From positions 1 through 64,000 of the forward strand of contig CAVVXH010000002.1 of NCBI GenBank assembly GCA_963752155.1: 64,000 nt of DNA, written 5' to 3'. Numbering within the stretch: position 1 is the first letter of the stretch; each line of letters starts with the position of its first letter. Below, in pieces: positions 10,416-19,400 of the stretch. Below the pieces are notes generated by a model, which worked only from the letters and a program-made list of their open reading frames with translations, was not told the DNA's origin and did no database searches. The translations under genes and the position numbers were made by a program. Source of the DNA: an uncultured Parachlamydiaceae bacterium (GTDB lineage Bacteria; Chlamydiota; Chlamydiia; Chlamydiales; Parachlamydiaceae).

Positions 10416-11411
10416 TTAGAACTTGCTAGGAAGGGAAAAACGGACTCGATTCGTGTATAAAGTTTTGCCAATCATTGTGATGATAAAGAGAGCTCCGATC
10501 ATAGCCACTACAATCCCTCCTGTAGACAGAGGAAACCCTGAGACCGAAAGAAAATGCCTTGAGAGGGCTACTCCAATAATAGAAGCTAAGGCCCCAATAG
10601 GTCCTGCTATGAGTAGCATTGTTTTCAGATGGTTGGTGAGGAGACGCGCGGTCAACGCAGGTCCAGTCATGAAAGCAAGCACCATCAGAACCCCTACTGC
10701 TCGAAAGCCCCCTATCGTAGTTGCAGACACCTGAATCATTAACAAATAGTTGAAGAATATGGGGGAAATCCCTAGAGCACGAGATAGACCTGGATCAAAA
10801 GTTGTGATAGTAAATTCCTTAAAAAAAACAAATAGAAGCACAGCATTTAAAACCAGGGCAATTAACACGAGTTTAAGGTCATTTAGCGAAAGAGCATCGA
10901 CGTTCCCCATAATCACTTCAGTTCCTACATGGGCACTGCGAGTCAGCAATGTCACTAATACGATTCCTAAAGCAAAGAGACTGGTAAATACCACTCCAAT
11001 GCTTGCATCTTCTTGCAGACCTGTATATTTAGTGAGAAAATCTGTTAAAAATGTTGTTAATAGTCCCATGACAAGGGAGGCGACGATCAAGGCTTCCAAG
11101 GGAATTTGATCATGGTGAGCGTTGGCAGTTGACATCATTCCTTGAGAGGCAATGAAATAGGCAAGGACAATTCCTAGTAAGATCGTATGGGATAAAGCAT
11201 TAGCAAGCATTGTCATGCGACGCAAGACAAGAAAGCATCCTAGTGTAGCTGAGGAAAGGGAAACTCCGAGGAGAACTAAAATTTGAATTTCGTCAGATGC
11301 AAGGTTTGAAAAGGCTATCTTTCCTGTCAATAATTCCCATAATCTTTGAAAAAAAACGAGAAAGAATTCAAAAAAATTTGTGTCAGAGTAAGGATTATGG
11401 TAAAAATTCAC
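10416..11411 (-). CDS. ytgD: Mn/Zn/Fe ABC permease (TroD/YtgD)
   Basis: ABC-3 motifs (ANALSHTILLG, EDASIGVVFT, TFDP); operon context. Confidence 0.9.
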   Translation of the reverse strand: MNFYHNPYSDTNFFEFFLVFFQRLWELLTGKIAFSNLASDEIQILVLLGVSLSSATLGCFLVLRRMTMLANALSHTILLGIVLAYFIASQGMMSTANAHHDQIPLEALIVASLVMGLLTTFLTDFLTKYTGLQEDASIGVVFTSLFALGIVLVTLLTRSAHVGTEVIMGNVDALSLNDLKLVLIALVLNAVLLFVFFKEFTITTFDPGLSRALGISPIFFNYLLMIQVSATTIGGFRAVGVLMVLAFMTGPALTARLLTNHLKTMLLIAGPIGALASIIGVALSRHFLSVSGFPLSTGGIVVAMIGALFIITMIGKTLYTNRVRFSLPSKF

Positions 11412-12772
11412 TTGATTCCTCCTGGCGGTGGTATCGGCTGCTGATGTGGATCCAATTGAGGATCGTTTAGAAGCACTGTGAGCTCCCGTTCCAGTTCAGG
11501 AGTTAAGATGTGCTCCATTTCTTCAGCACTTTTGTGAACCCTTTCGACGCCCACTCCGAGGTAGTCGCATAGATAGACTTCCCATAGGCGGTGTAAACGC
11601 AGAATCTGGGCCGCACGTTGAATGCCATCCGAAGTTAGAGAATAGTTTCCACGTTGACATTGAATCCAGCCTTGGTGCATCAGTGAGAAAAGCACTAACC
11701 ATAAATAAACTTTTGATATAGGTTGAGTGTGTTTGATCTCATCTAAGGTAAAAGAGCGATCTTTTCCTTGCCTCCACATTGTTTTTAATATATTTTCTCG
11801 AAGGCAACGAGAGCGGAAATAGATGATTCTGATGAGTCGAGTGCAAAGTCCTCGTTGAGGAGCAAATAACAAGGAAAAAATGCAAATCATGCTTGCAATA
11901 AGCACGATCATAGGACCTGTTGGTAACGAAAGTCGTTGCATAGGGTACTTTAAAGACAAGTAAGTGGTGATTTCTGTGGAGATGACATTTCCTACGAATC
12001 CACTAAAGAGGCCGAAAAGAGCAGCTAGAAGTAACATATACGAAAGGCGATTGGTATATTGCCTGGCAGAAGCCGCAGGGGCAATCAGCATCGCAGACAT
12101 TAAGACGACTCCCACAGAACGTATCCCTACGACAATTGAAAGGCTTAGGAAGATGAGTACAATTGTGTCAATCAGTTTGACGCGTAGTCCTAACGAACGA
12201 GCATAATCTCGATCAAAAGTCACAACTTTTAGCTCTTTATAAAAAAGAAAAATCGTGCCGATTACCGACAAAGAAAGAAGGCCATAAAGCATGACATGTC
12301 CATCATCCATTGTCGCTGCTTGACCGTAGAGGTAACTTAAGCTTTGTTTATAAAGCGCGGAATGCGTGAATTGTATTAATGAAGCTAGTAAGATGCCAAT
12401 GCCAAAAAAAATGGATAGGACAAAGCAAAGTGCTGAGTCCGATTTTATTTTCCATCGCGTTTCAAGAAAGTAGATTGCATAATTACCTAACAGAGCAGAG
12501 AGAAAGGCTCCGGCCAAGGTGAAAATAGCAGGCCAGACCTGATTGAGGTCTCCATCGATCCAAGTTGTAGCAAAAATAGCTCCTAGAATAACTCCAGGGT
12601 AGGAAGCGTGTGAAAGTGCCTCCCCTAAAAGAGATTCCTTTCTTAGATAGGCGATAACACCTATGAGCGCTGCAGCTAAGCACATTAACATGCTACCGAT
12701 CGTCGGAGCCCTCAGGATGGGATCTGTGAAGTAGAGCAACAGTGATTCCATTGAATTAGTAACCACTCTCAA
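11408..12772 (-). CDS. ytgC: Metal ABC permease fused to DtxR-like repressor (YtgCR)
   Basis: ABC-3 permease plus C-terminal RLHRLWEVYL...AEEMEH...DPHQQPIP. Confidence 0.92.
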   Translation of the reverse strand: MRVVTNSMESLLLYFTDPILRAPTIGSMLMCLAAALIGVIAYLRKESLLGEALSHASYPGVILGAIFATTWIDGDLNQVWPAIFTLAGAFLSALLGNYAIYFLETRWKIKSDSALCFVLSIFFGIGILLASLIQFTHSALYKQSLSYLYGQAATMDDGHVMLYGLLSLSVIGTIFLFYKELKVVTFDRDYARSLGLRVKLIDTIVLIFLSLSIVVGIRSVGVVLMSAMLIAPAASARQYTNRLSYMLLLAALFGLFSGFVGNVISTEITTYLSLKYPMQRLSLPTGPMIVLIASMICIFSLLFAPQRGLCTRLIRIIYFRSRCLRENILKTMWRQGKDRSFTLDEIKHTQPISKVYLWLVLFSLMHQGWIQCQRGNYSLTSDGIQRAAQILRLHRLWEVYLCDYLGVGVERVHKSAEEMEHILTPELERELTVLLNDPQLDPHQQPIPPPGGIK

Positions 12773-13547
12773 TGTGTTTGGAAATTTTTATGGCTTCATC
12801 AAAAAGGGCGTAGCTTTTACCGTAGCAAGCTTGAAGTTTTTCTGGAGTGAATGTTTCCTTTGTAGGTCCATAAGCAACTAAACGGACATTTAGCATGATG
12901 AGCCAATCAAAATTGGCTTCTACGCTATCAAGTTCATGATGTACCACGAATACCGTTTTACCTTCATTTTTAAGTTGGTGTAACAGGCTCATGATAATTG
13001 TGCGCGTGGCTACGTCGACCCCAACAAAAGGTTCATCCATTAAGTAGAGATCTGCCTCCTGGATAAGAGCGCGGGCCAAGAATACACGTTGTTGCTGCCC
13101 GCCGGAAAGTTGACTGATTTGTCGATTAGAGAATTGCGAAATCCCCATCTTTTCGAGATATTCGTTGACAGCTGCGTAATCCGCTTTGCGAGGCCGGCGA
13201 AAAAGGCCTAATTTCCCGTAGCGTCCCATCAAAACCAAATCGCGGACAGTGATCGGAAAATCCCAATCGACACTTTCTCTTTGGGGAACGTAGGCAATTC
13301 TTTGGCGGGCTTGAGGAAGGGAAAGCCCAAAAAATTTTATGACACCTGACACAGGGGAAATGAGATTTAAGGAAGTTTTAATCAAGGTTGATTTCCCTGC
13401 GCCGTTAGGACCAATAATGCCGACAACGACTCCAGTAGGAATTGTCAAAGAGACGTCCCAAAGAGCAGGAACTTTGCCGTAGTTAACAGAGAGATCCTGT
13501 ATTTGAAGAGCTATCTCCTTTTCATTGGTGTGCATGGGATGTTCCAT
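12756..13547 (-). CDS. ytgB: Metal ABC ATPase (TroB/YtgB)
   Basis: GPNGAGKST, LSGGQQQR, DEPF. Confidence 0.93.
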   Translation of the reverse strand: MEHPMHTNEKEIALQIQDLSVNYGKVPALWDVSLTIPTGVVVGIIGPNGAGKSTLIKTSLNLISPVSGVIKFFGLSLPQARQRIAYVPQRESVDWDFPITVRDLVLMGRYGKLGLFRRPRKADYAAVNEYLEKMGISQFSNRQISQLSGGQQQRVFLARALIQEADLYLMDEPFVGVDVATRTIIMSLLHQLKNEGKTVFVVHHELDSVEANFDWLIMLNVRLVAYGPTKETFTPEKLQACYGKSYALFDEAIKISKHIESGY

Positions 13548-14520
13548 TTTCTGTCAGGAGCTTTTTAAAAGTTTCAACATTGTGTTGAATCATTTTGATG
13601 TAAGTGTCTCCACTGGAACCTGGAGGGCCCATGGCATCTCCATAGAGGGGTGCATTAGAGATTTTTAGTTTCAATCCTTCTTCGATTCCAGCGTTTAAGA
13701 GTTTTCGGATAGAAGCTTGGCTGACATTGGACTCAGGAAAGATAATTCTAATATTATATTTTTTGATGTGGTTTAGGATGTAACGAATATCGGAGCTGCT
13801 GAGTTGACTTTCAGGCGCTAACCCTTCTGGAGCGGCAAAACGTTCATGACCTTTATTTTCTTTAGCTTCTGCATCGGTGGTGAGGTAGGCGCGTGAAAAA
13901 TAATTAAATGCATCATGACTAGTGACTAGATATCTTTTTTCTGGGGGAACAGTTTGCATTTCATTACGGAGACGCATGTGTTCCGCATTCAATTTTTGGG
14001 TAAGCTGAACACCTCGCTTTTCATATTCTAAAGCGTGGGTAGGATCTTTTTGGCTTAGAGCCTCTACAATGATAGGCACACCTTTAGCCCATAAGCTCAT
14101 ATCCATCCAGATATGTGGATCTGGAGTATTTTGTAAGAAGATGATGGATTTTGGATCTGTCTTTCGGATAGAATCTCCGATGCAAAAGGCTTTAGGATTG
14201 GCTGTAAGGATTTCTCGTAAGCTAGGGCCATGTTCTAATCCTAGGCCATTGCAAAAAATGAGATCTGCGGCGATGATTTTTTCATCATCTCCCTTGACTA
14301 ATTGGTAACTATGAGGATCGAGTTCTCCATGGATTAAAACTAAGGTGGAGATCTCATCTCCTCCGATTTCTTTAACTAAATCGTCTATCATGCCAATTGT
14401 GCTGAGCACTTTTAAGCGATTTTCATGTTTCCATTTGTGTTGTTGTCTTTTCTCTTGGAGGGAGCAAGCGGCTGTGAACACAAGGAGTGAGATGAATAAA
14501 ATGACAGTTTTTTTGATCAC
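13522..14520 (-). CDS. ytgA: Metal ABC substrate-binding lipoprotein (TroA/YtgA)
   Basis: Lipobox-like TAAC, DPHSY, DPHIW, HDAFNYF. Confidence 0.93.
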   Translation of the reverse strand: MIKKTVILFISLLVFTAACSLQEKRQQHKWKHENRLKVLSTIGMIDDLVKEIGGDEISTLVLIHGELDPHSYQLVKGDDEKIIAADLIFCNGLGLEHGPSLREILTANPKAFCIGDSIRKTDPKSIIFLQNTPDPHIWMDMSLWAKGVPIIVEALSQKDPTHALEYEKRGVQLTQKLNAEHMRLRNEMQTVPPEKRYLVTSHDAFNYFSRAYLTTDAEAKENKGHERFAAPEGLAPESQLSSSDIRYILNHIKKYNIRIIFPESNVSQASIRKLLNAGIEEGLKLKISNAPLYGDAMGPPGSSGDTYIKMIQHNVETFKKLLTENGTSHAHQ

Positions 14521-14606
14521 GATCCTTCCTTGTTTTTGTTAGGAAGTATAGTATATTTTCGTCGATTTGTCAATTTTCGGAAAGTAATGGTGCAAACCTC
14601 GCAAGT

Positions 14607-14945
14607 TTATCCCAAATCAAAATATAGATTCCAATGATTTTTACATCTGGAGTTATATGCGCAGGCACAGTTAGGGCAAATATTTTGGCAATTTAGATAT
14701 TTTTCAATAGAAAATCTACTGCCGCAGCGACCACATAGAATGGCTTCTGCGGTTAAATCGCACCATTTTTGTGGAGGATGGTTGGCGAGTTCTTGGTGAC
14801 AAAAATAGCATGCATAATATTCTTCGCAGCAAGCGAATTTAATCGCTATCACGTCCAGATCCGTATGGTAATGCAAACAACCTGTCAGTGGGGTTAACTC
14901 TCGCCCCAAAATTGGCACATTTTGGATAACTAAGCTATTGTCCAT
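14607..14945 (-). CDS. CHY zinc-finger protein
   Basis: CLHYH...KFACC..YYACYFCH...CGRC...CPNC; start uncertain. Confidence 0.85.
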   Translation of the reverse strand: MDNSLVIQNVPILGRELTPLTGCLHYHTDLDVIAIKFACCEEYYACYFCHQELANHPPQKWCDLTAEAILCGRCGSRFSIEKYLNCQNICPNCACAYNSRCKNHWNLYFDLG

Positions 14946-15261
14946 GAGTTCCTGAGCTAAAGATGGCTTGAAAGTTGTGTGTGGTTTGTATTTTTTGTTG
15001 AAGTTCATCATCATCATTAATCGGAGATTCTCGGTTTCGATTCACCAAGATAGATACATCTTTGGCTGAACCATGTATTGCTACACGCTCCGGAAAATAT
15101 CGATTAAAATCAGCCCAGAAGCTTTCGAATACTTGTTGTTTAACTTTTGTTAAAGTGGTTGGTAGGGAAATTTCAATGGTGGAAGTAAGGATCATTTTCA
15201 TGACTCCTATATGTTCCACATGGATTTGAATGGTTGCAGGGATGAAATTTGATTCTAACAT
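14935..15261 (-). CDS. Hypothetical protein
   Basis: 108-aa ORF overlapping the likely start of the CHY gene. Confidence 0.45.
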   Translation of the reverse strand: MLESNFIPATIQIHVEHIGVMKMILTSTIEISLPTTLTKVKQQVFESFWADFNRYFPERVAIHGSAKDVSILVNRNRESPINDDDELQQKIQTTHNFQAIFSSGTHGQ

Positions 15262-15466
15262 GCTTTATTCCTAAATTCCTAATATTGCTAAATTGGGTTA
15301 GATCCGTTCGGTTACCGATGATTTTATTTCATTAGTCTTTTTTATGGTACTTTAAAAGGTCAAATAGTCAGGGTATAGAAAACAAAAACAAATATTTGAA
15401 AGCGCAGACTAGTATTTGGTGTTCGTTTGTTAAAATTTGAGCAGATTGTAGTTCATCATTCAGATG

Positions 15467-15542
15467 TTGAGTGTAGCCACGAACCCTCTAAATTGTTTAA
15501 ACTACTGTGTGAAGTCGCAACAGCTAAGAAATTTGCGCAATT
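15467..15542. repeat. Dispersed composite repeat shared with 45340-45460
   Basis: 15467-15506 matches 45340-45379 at 35/40; 15504-15540 matches reverse complement of about 45424-45460. Confidence 0.75.
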
Positions 15543-15648
15543 TTTTGGTTGTTCTGATTTCATATACCTCAGATAACTTAAACATTGACATTTTTTTAGC
15601 TCTATAGGTATAAAAATTGAAAAATGATATCGCATTAAAGGATCGAGA

Positions 15649-16056
15649 ATGTTTCTTACACATAGTCGCGTTAGAATGGATGATACAGACGCTGCAGGGA
15701 TTATTTTTTTTGCTAATCAATTTCGACTTGTCCATGACGCATGGGATGATTTTCTTGAATCTGAAGGGCATAGCTTTTATAAAATGGTTTTCGAAGATAA
15801 TTTTCTTTTCGTCATCGTACATGCTGAGTCCGATTATCTAGCCCCATTAACGGTAGGAGATGAGCTCGATATCGAGGTGAAGGTCGAAAAAATTGGAACG
15901 ACTTCTTTAGCGATGGTTTATAGGATCTATAAATCAAACGATCAATCCCTTGTAGGGACCGCTAAAATGGTGCATGTGTGCCTTGATAGAATTCATCGTA
16001 CCAAGCAACCGATTCCGGATTCTTGTCGTGCTCTATTGAGTAAACATCTTGTTTAA
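15649..16056 (+). CDS. 4HBT-family acyl-CoA thioesterase (possible DHNA-CoA hydrolase)
   Basis: VRMDDTDAAGIIFFAN hotdog-fold motif. Confidence 0.85.
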   Translation: MFLTHSRVRMDDTDAAGIIFFANQFRLVHDAWDDFLESEGHSFYKMVFEDNFLFVIVHAESDYLAPLTVGDELDIEVKVEKIGTTSLAMVYRIYKSNDQSLVGTAKMVHVCLDRIHRTKQPIPDSCRALLSKHLV

Positions 16057-16080
16057 GATTAAAAAATGTGAATACGGGGG

Positions 16081-16653
16081 ATGACGATGAAAAAAATGAT
16101 GAGTCTGCTAGCTCTTTTAACCATAACCGTTTCTGACGTGACTTTAGGTGCTCACTGCCAGTTGCCTTGTGGGATATATCACGATGAAGTTATTTTTGGC
16201 CGAATAGATCAGTATGTAGAGACAATGTACAAAGGTGTTTCGGTTCTTAAGACTAATAAATTTAATGATCCAAAAGATCGAAATGAATTTGTGCGATGGG
16301 TAATGCAAAAAGATCAAGCATCTGATGAAGCAGCAAATCTTATTTTAAAATATTTTCTACAACAAAAGATGAAGCCAGGTGATGAGGACACGACAAAGCA
16401 GTTGATTTCGGCGCATAAACTTCTTTTCTTAACTGTGAGTATTAAGCAAGGAGTTGATTTACAGTTTGTTGAGGATTTTTCCGATGAATGGGAAAAATTT
16501 AAATTGATGTTTCATCTTGAAGGCTATGTGTGCGATATGGCAAAAATTAAGATGCAAAAGGAAAGAGCAAGAAGGGCTGCAGCAGGTTTGCCAGACCACG
16601 ATCACGAACATGATCATGCTGAAGAAGTCAAGGAAGCTCCGAAAGCAAAATAG
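16081..16653 (+). CDS. sodN: Nickel superoxide dismutase with signal peptide
   Basis: Ni-hook HCQLPCGIY directly after a signal peptide; His-rich C-terminal tail. Confidence 0.88.
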   Translation: MTMKKMMSLLALLTITVSDVTLGAHCQLPCGIYHDEVIFGRIDQYVETMYKGVSVLKTNKFNDPKDRNEFVRWVMQKDQASDEAANLILKYFLQQKMKPGDEDTTKQLISAHKLLFLTVSIKQGVDLQFVEDFSDEWEKFKLMFHLEGYVCDMAKIKMQKERARRAAAGLPDHDHEHDHAEEVKEAPKAK

Positions 16654-16687
16654 CAATTCTTCAACAATGAGTCTTAGGCAGAAATCC

Positions 16688-17176
16688 ATGCAATCTGAAC
16701 TTCCAACATATATTTTGCGTCATCGGCGTGAAAATCTTAAGAAGTGCAGTTTGCGTGGTCTTGAAAAAGATTCGCGATTTCACTTTTTGACCTATCCGAC
16801 AAGTCCATTGCCGAATTTAGATGATTATATACTTCTTACTTTAGATGGGGAGCCTCTTTCTGAAAAGGATGCCTCCTATGGGCTATTCTTATTGGATGCC
16901 ACATGGCGATATGCTGCAACGATGCAAGCCTTTGTACAAGGACATTTTGATCAGCCAATCAAAATGCGTAGTATTCCTGCGGGTTTTAAAACCGCCTATC
17001 CACGTCGTCAGCCTGATTGTCCTGATCCGGAGGTGGGCCTTGCATCCATAGAAGCTTTGTATGTTGCCTACTGGGTTACAGGGCGTGATTTGGCAGGGCT
17101 TTTAGACAATTATTATTGGAAAGACCAATTTTTAGCTAAAAATTCCTCTATTTTTCAACCTTCGCCATCACCCTGA
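16688..17176 (+). CDS. DTW/Tsr3-like putative aminocarboxypropyl transferase
   Basis: HRRENLKKCSL, LLDATWRYA, LASIEAL. Confidence 0.75.
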   Translation: MQSELPTYILRHRRENLKKCSLRGLEKDSRFHFLTYPTSPLPNLDDYILLTLDGEPLSEKDASYGLFLLDATWRYAATMQAFVQGHFDQPIKMRSIPAGFKTAYPRRQPDCPDPEVGLASIEALYVAYWVTGRDLAGLLDNYYWKDQFLAKNSSIFQPSPSP

Positions 17177-17193
17177 AAGATTGGATACTCCCG

Positions 17194-17281
17194 AGCAGCA
17201 AATCGTCAATTTTACTATTTGCTGCTAATTTTCCATATACAAAAATCGAGCAGCAAATCGACATTTTTGCTGTTTGCTGCT
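17194..17281. promoter_or_regulatory. Tandem pair of 33-bp palindromes upstream of ATPase 2
   Basis: agcagcaaat-N13-(a/g)tttgctgct at 17194-17226 and 17249-17281; period 55 bp. Confidence 0.75.
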
Positions 17282-17339
17282 TGATTTTTACATCCTATTG
17301 CCGTTATGCTTATGTATAGAATATAGGAGAAGAAAGATC

Positions 17340-18775
17340 ATGAAACCATCTTAGTTTATAGGACGCGAAGCCGAAATGAATAGGCTTAGAGGGCTCCTAG
17401 AAAAAAGAAGCGCGAGCCTTATAGTGGTAAGGGGGAGAAGGCGTATTGGAAAAAGCACGCTTCTTGCAGAATTTGGAAAAGAAATGAAAAGTTTCTTCTT
17501 TTCAGGAAACCCTACCAGTCCGCGAGACAACAGCTCAAACTCAGCGTGAAGATTTTGCACGTCAGCTTGAGAGAGCCGGTATTCCAGGGATTAAGCCCGA
17601 TGATTGGAGCAATCTCTTCTGGTACCTCTCAAAGGAAGTAAATAAAGGTCGAGCCTTTATTGTATTCGATGAAATTTCATGGATGGGAGGAAAAGATCCT
17701 CATTTTTTAGGACATTTGAAAACTGCTTGGGATATGTATTTTAGCAAAAATCCACAACTAATTATTGCTCTTTGCGGGTCCGTATCGTCATGGATTGAAA
17801 AAAACATCCTCAGCAGCACAGGATTTCTTGGAAGAATTACTTTTGATCTTATGCTTGAAGAGCTCCCATTAGAGGTCTGTAATGCTTTCTGGCATCCAAA
17901 AGAAAAGCGTATTACCTCTTACGAAAAGTTCAAGTTGTTATCTGTAACAGGAGGTGTGCCACTTTATTTAGAACAAATCAAACCAAATCTTCCTGCAGAG
18001 CAAAATATTCAAGATCTTTGTTTTACTAAAGGTGGCTTGCTGGTGCGGGAATTTGATGAGATTTTCTCAGATCTTTTTTCTCGCACTAAAACTAGACATA
18101 AAGAAATTGTTCTATGCTCTTGCCAATGGTCCAAAAGAGCTTAGTTCAAATTTGCAATGAATTAGGGAAAAGTTTGGGAGGGATATTCAGCAAGCATTTA
18201 GATGAATTGGTAAAGGCAGGTTTTGTAAAAAGAGACTTTACATGGGATCTAAAAAATGGGAAAGAAGGAAAATTGAGTCGTTATCGATTAAGTGATAATT
18301 ATTTGCGATTTTATTTGAAATATATAGCTCCTAATCGTTCTAACATAGAAAAAGAAAGCTTTTCCACCTTAATAACTCAACTTCCTGGTTGGGAAGGGAT
18401 CATGGGATTGCAGTTTGAAAATCTTGTCGTTCATAATAGAAAGACTTCTCTGGAAGATGCTAGGGATTGCTCCAGAGGAAATAGTCATGGAAGGTCCATT
18501 TTTTCAAAGTCATACGACTAAGCAAGCTGGATGTCAAATTGATTATATGATTCAAACTCGATTTCATAATTTATATTTGTGTGAAATCAAATTTTCTAAA
18601 GGTCTTGTCAGCATATAAGATTATTGAGGAAATGGAAAAAAAAAGAAAGAATTTAAAAATTCCTAAAAACTATTCTATCAGGCCTGTTCTTATTCATGTG
18701 AATGGAGTAGAGGAAAGTGTTTTAGATGAGAGATATTTTGATAAAGTCATCGATTTTGGCCAGCTTTTATCCTAA
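17340..18775 (+). pseudogene. Disrupted ATPase-wHTH-PD-(D/E)XK paralogue 2
   Basis: TAG at codon 5, then FIGRE...GRRRIGKS; frameshifts near 17515, 18115, 18445, 18615; fragments align with paralogues 1 and 3. Confidence 0.9.
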
Positions 18776-18950
18776 AAGATAATGCAGATCATCAAGAAGA
18801 GCGCTAGCCTCTCTTCTCAGAGATATATTATCCTGAGGTAAAACTTCAGTTTGCCTATGAAAGCTTTAATATGTTATACTCTTTTTCGTATAGGCAAGCG
18901 GATAGACAATTAAAGGAAAACGTGCTATTTAAAGGAAAAGAGGTCGAATA

Positions 18951-19235
18951 ATGCTAATGGATTTAACTCTAATAGTCACAATAGTGGGGTCGGCAGCAGC
19001 TTTGATAGCATGCATTTATGCATTCCGTCAAGGTTTGAAAACTGATCTTAGAAACTTGAAAATTGATCTTAAAGACGATATCAATGGACACATTGATCGC
19101 CTTGAAACAAAAATGGGACGATTTGATAGCAGAATGGATGCACTTGAAGATAGAATATTTTGGCTGGCAACAGGCAAGAAGCTTGAAGATGCTATTCTTG
19201 AAGAAAGAATGAAGCGGCCAAGAACTGATTCGTAA
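18951..19235 (+). CDS. Small protein with N-terminal TM helix and coiled coil
   Basis: GAGG RBS, hydrophobic N-terminus, heptad-like repeats. Confidence 0.75.
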   Translation: MLMDLTLIVTIVGSAAALIACIYAFRQGLKTDLRNLKIDLKDDINGHIDRLETKMGRFDSRMDALEDRIFWLATGKKLEDAILEERMKRPRTDS

Positions 19236-19288
19236 AACTCCAGCTTTACAAATTCCCAAATTTTAGAGCATAGAGAAAGAGCAGTAAG

Positions 19289-19400
19289 AGTGTTTTAGAT
19301 GAGAGATATTTTGAATCGATTTTGGTCAGCTTTTATAAATTGATGTTCAACTTTTTTGATTACTCCAGATTACTCCAAAAGATAATGCAGATCATCAAGA
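19289..19400. repeat. Duplicated junction of ATPase 2 3' end and SNF2 3' end
   Basis: 19289-19336 copies about 18716-18770 with a 7-bp deletion; 19377-19400 is identical to 18774-18797. Confidence 0.9.
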
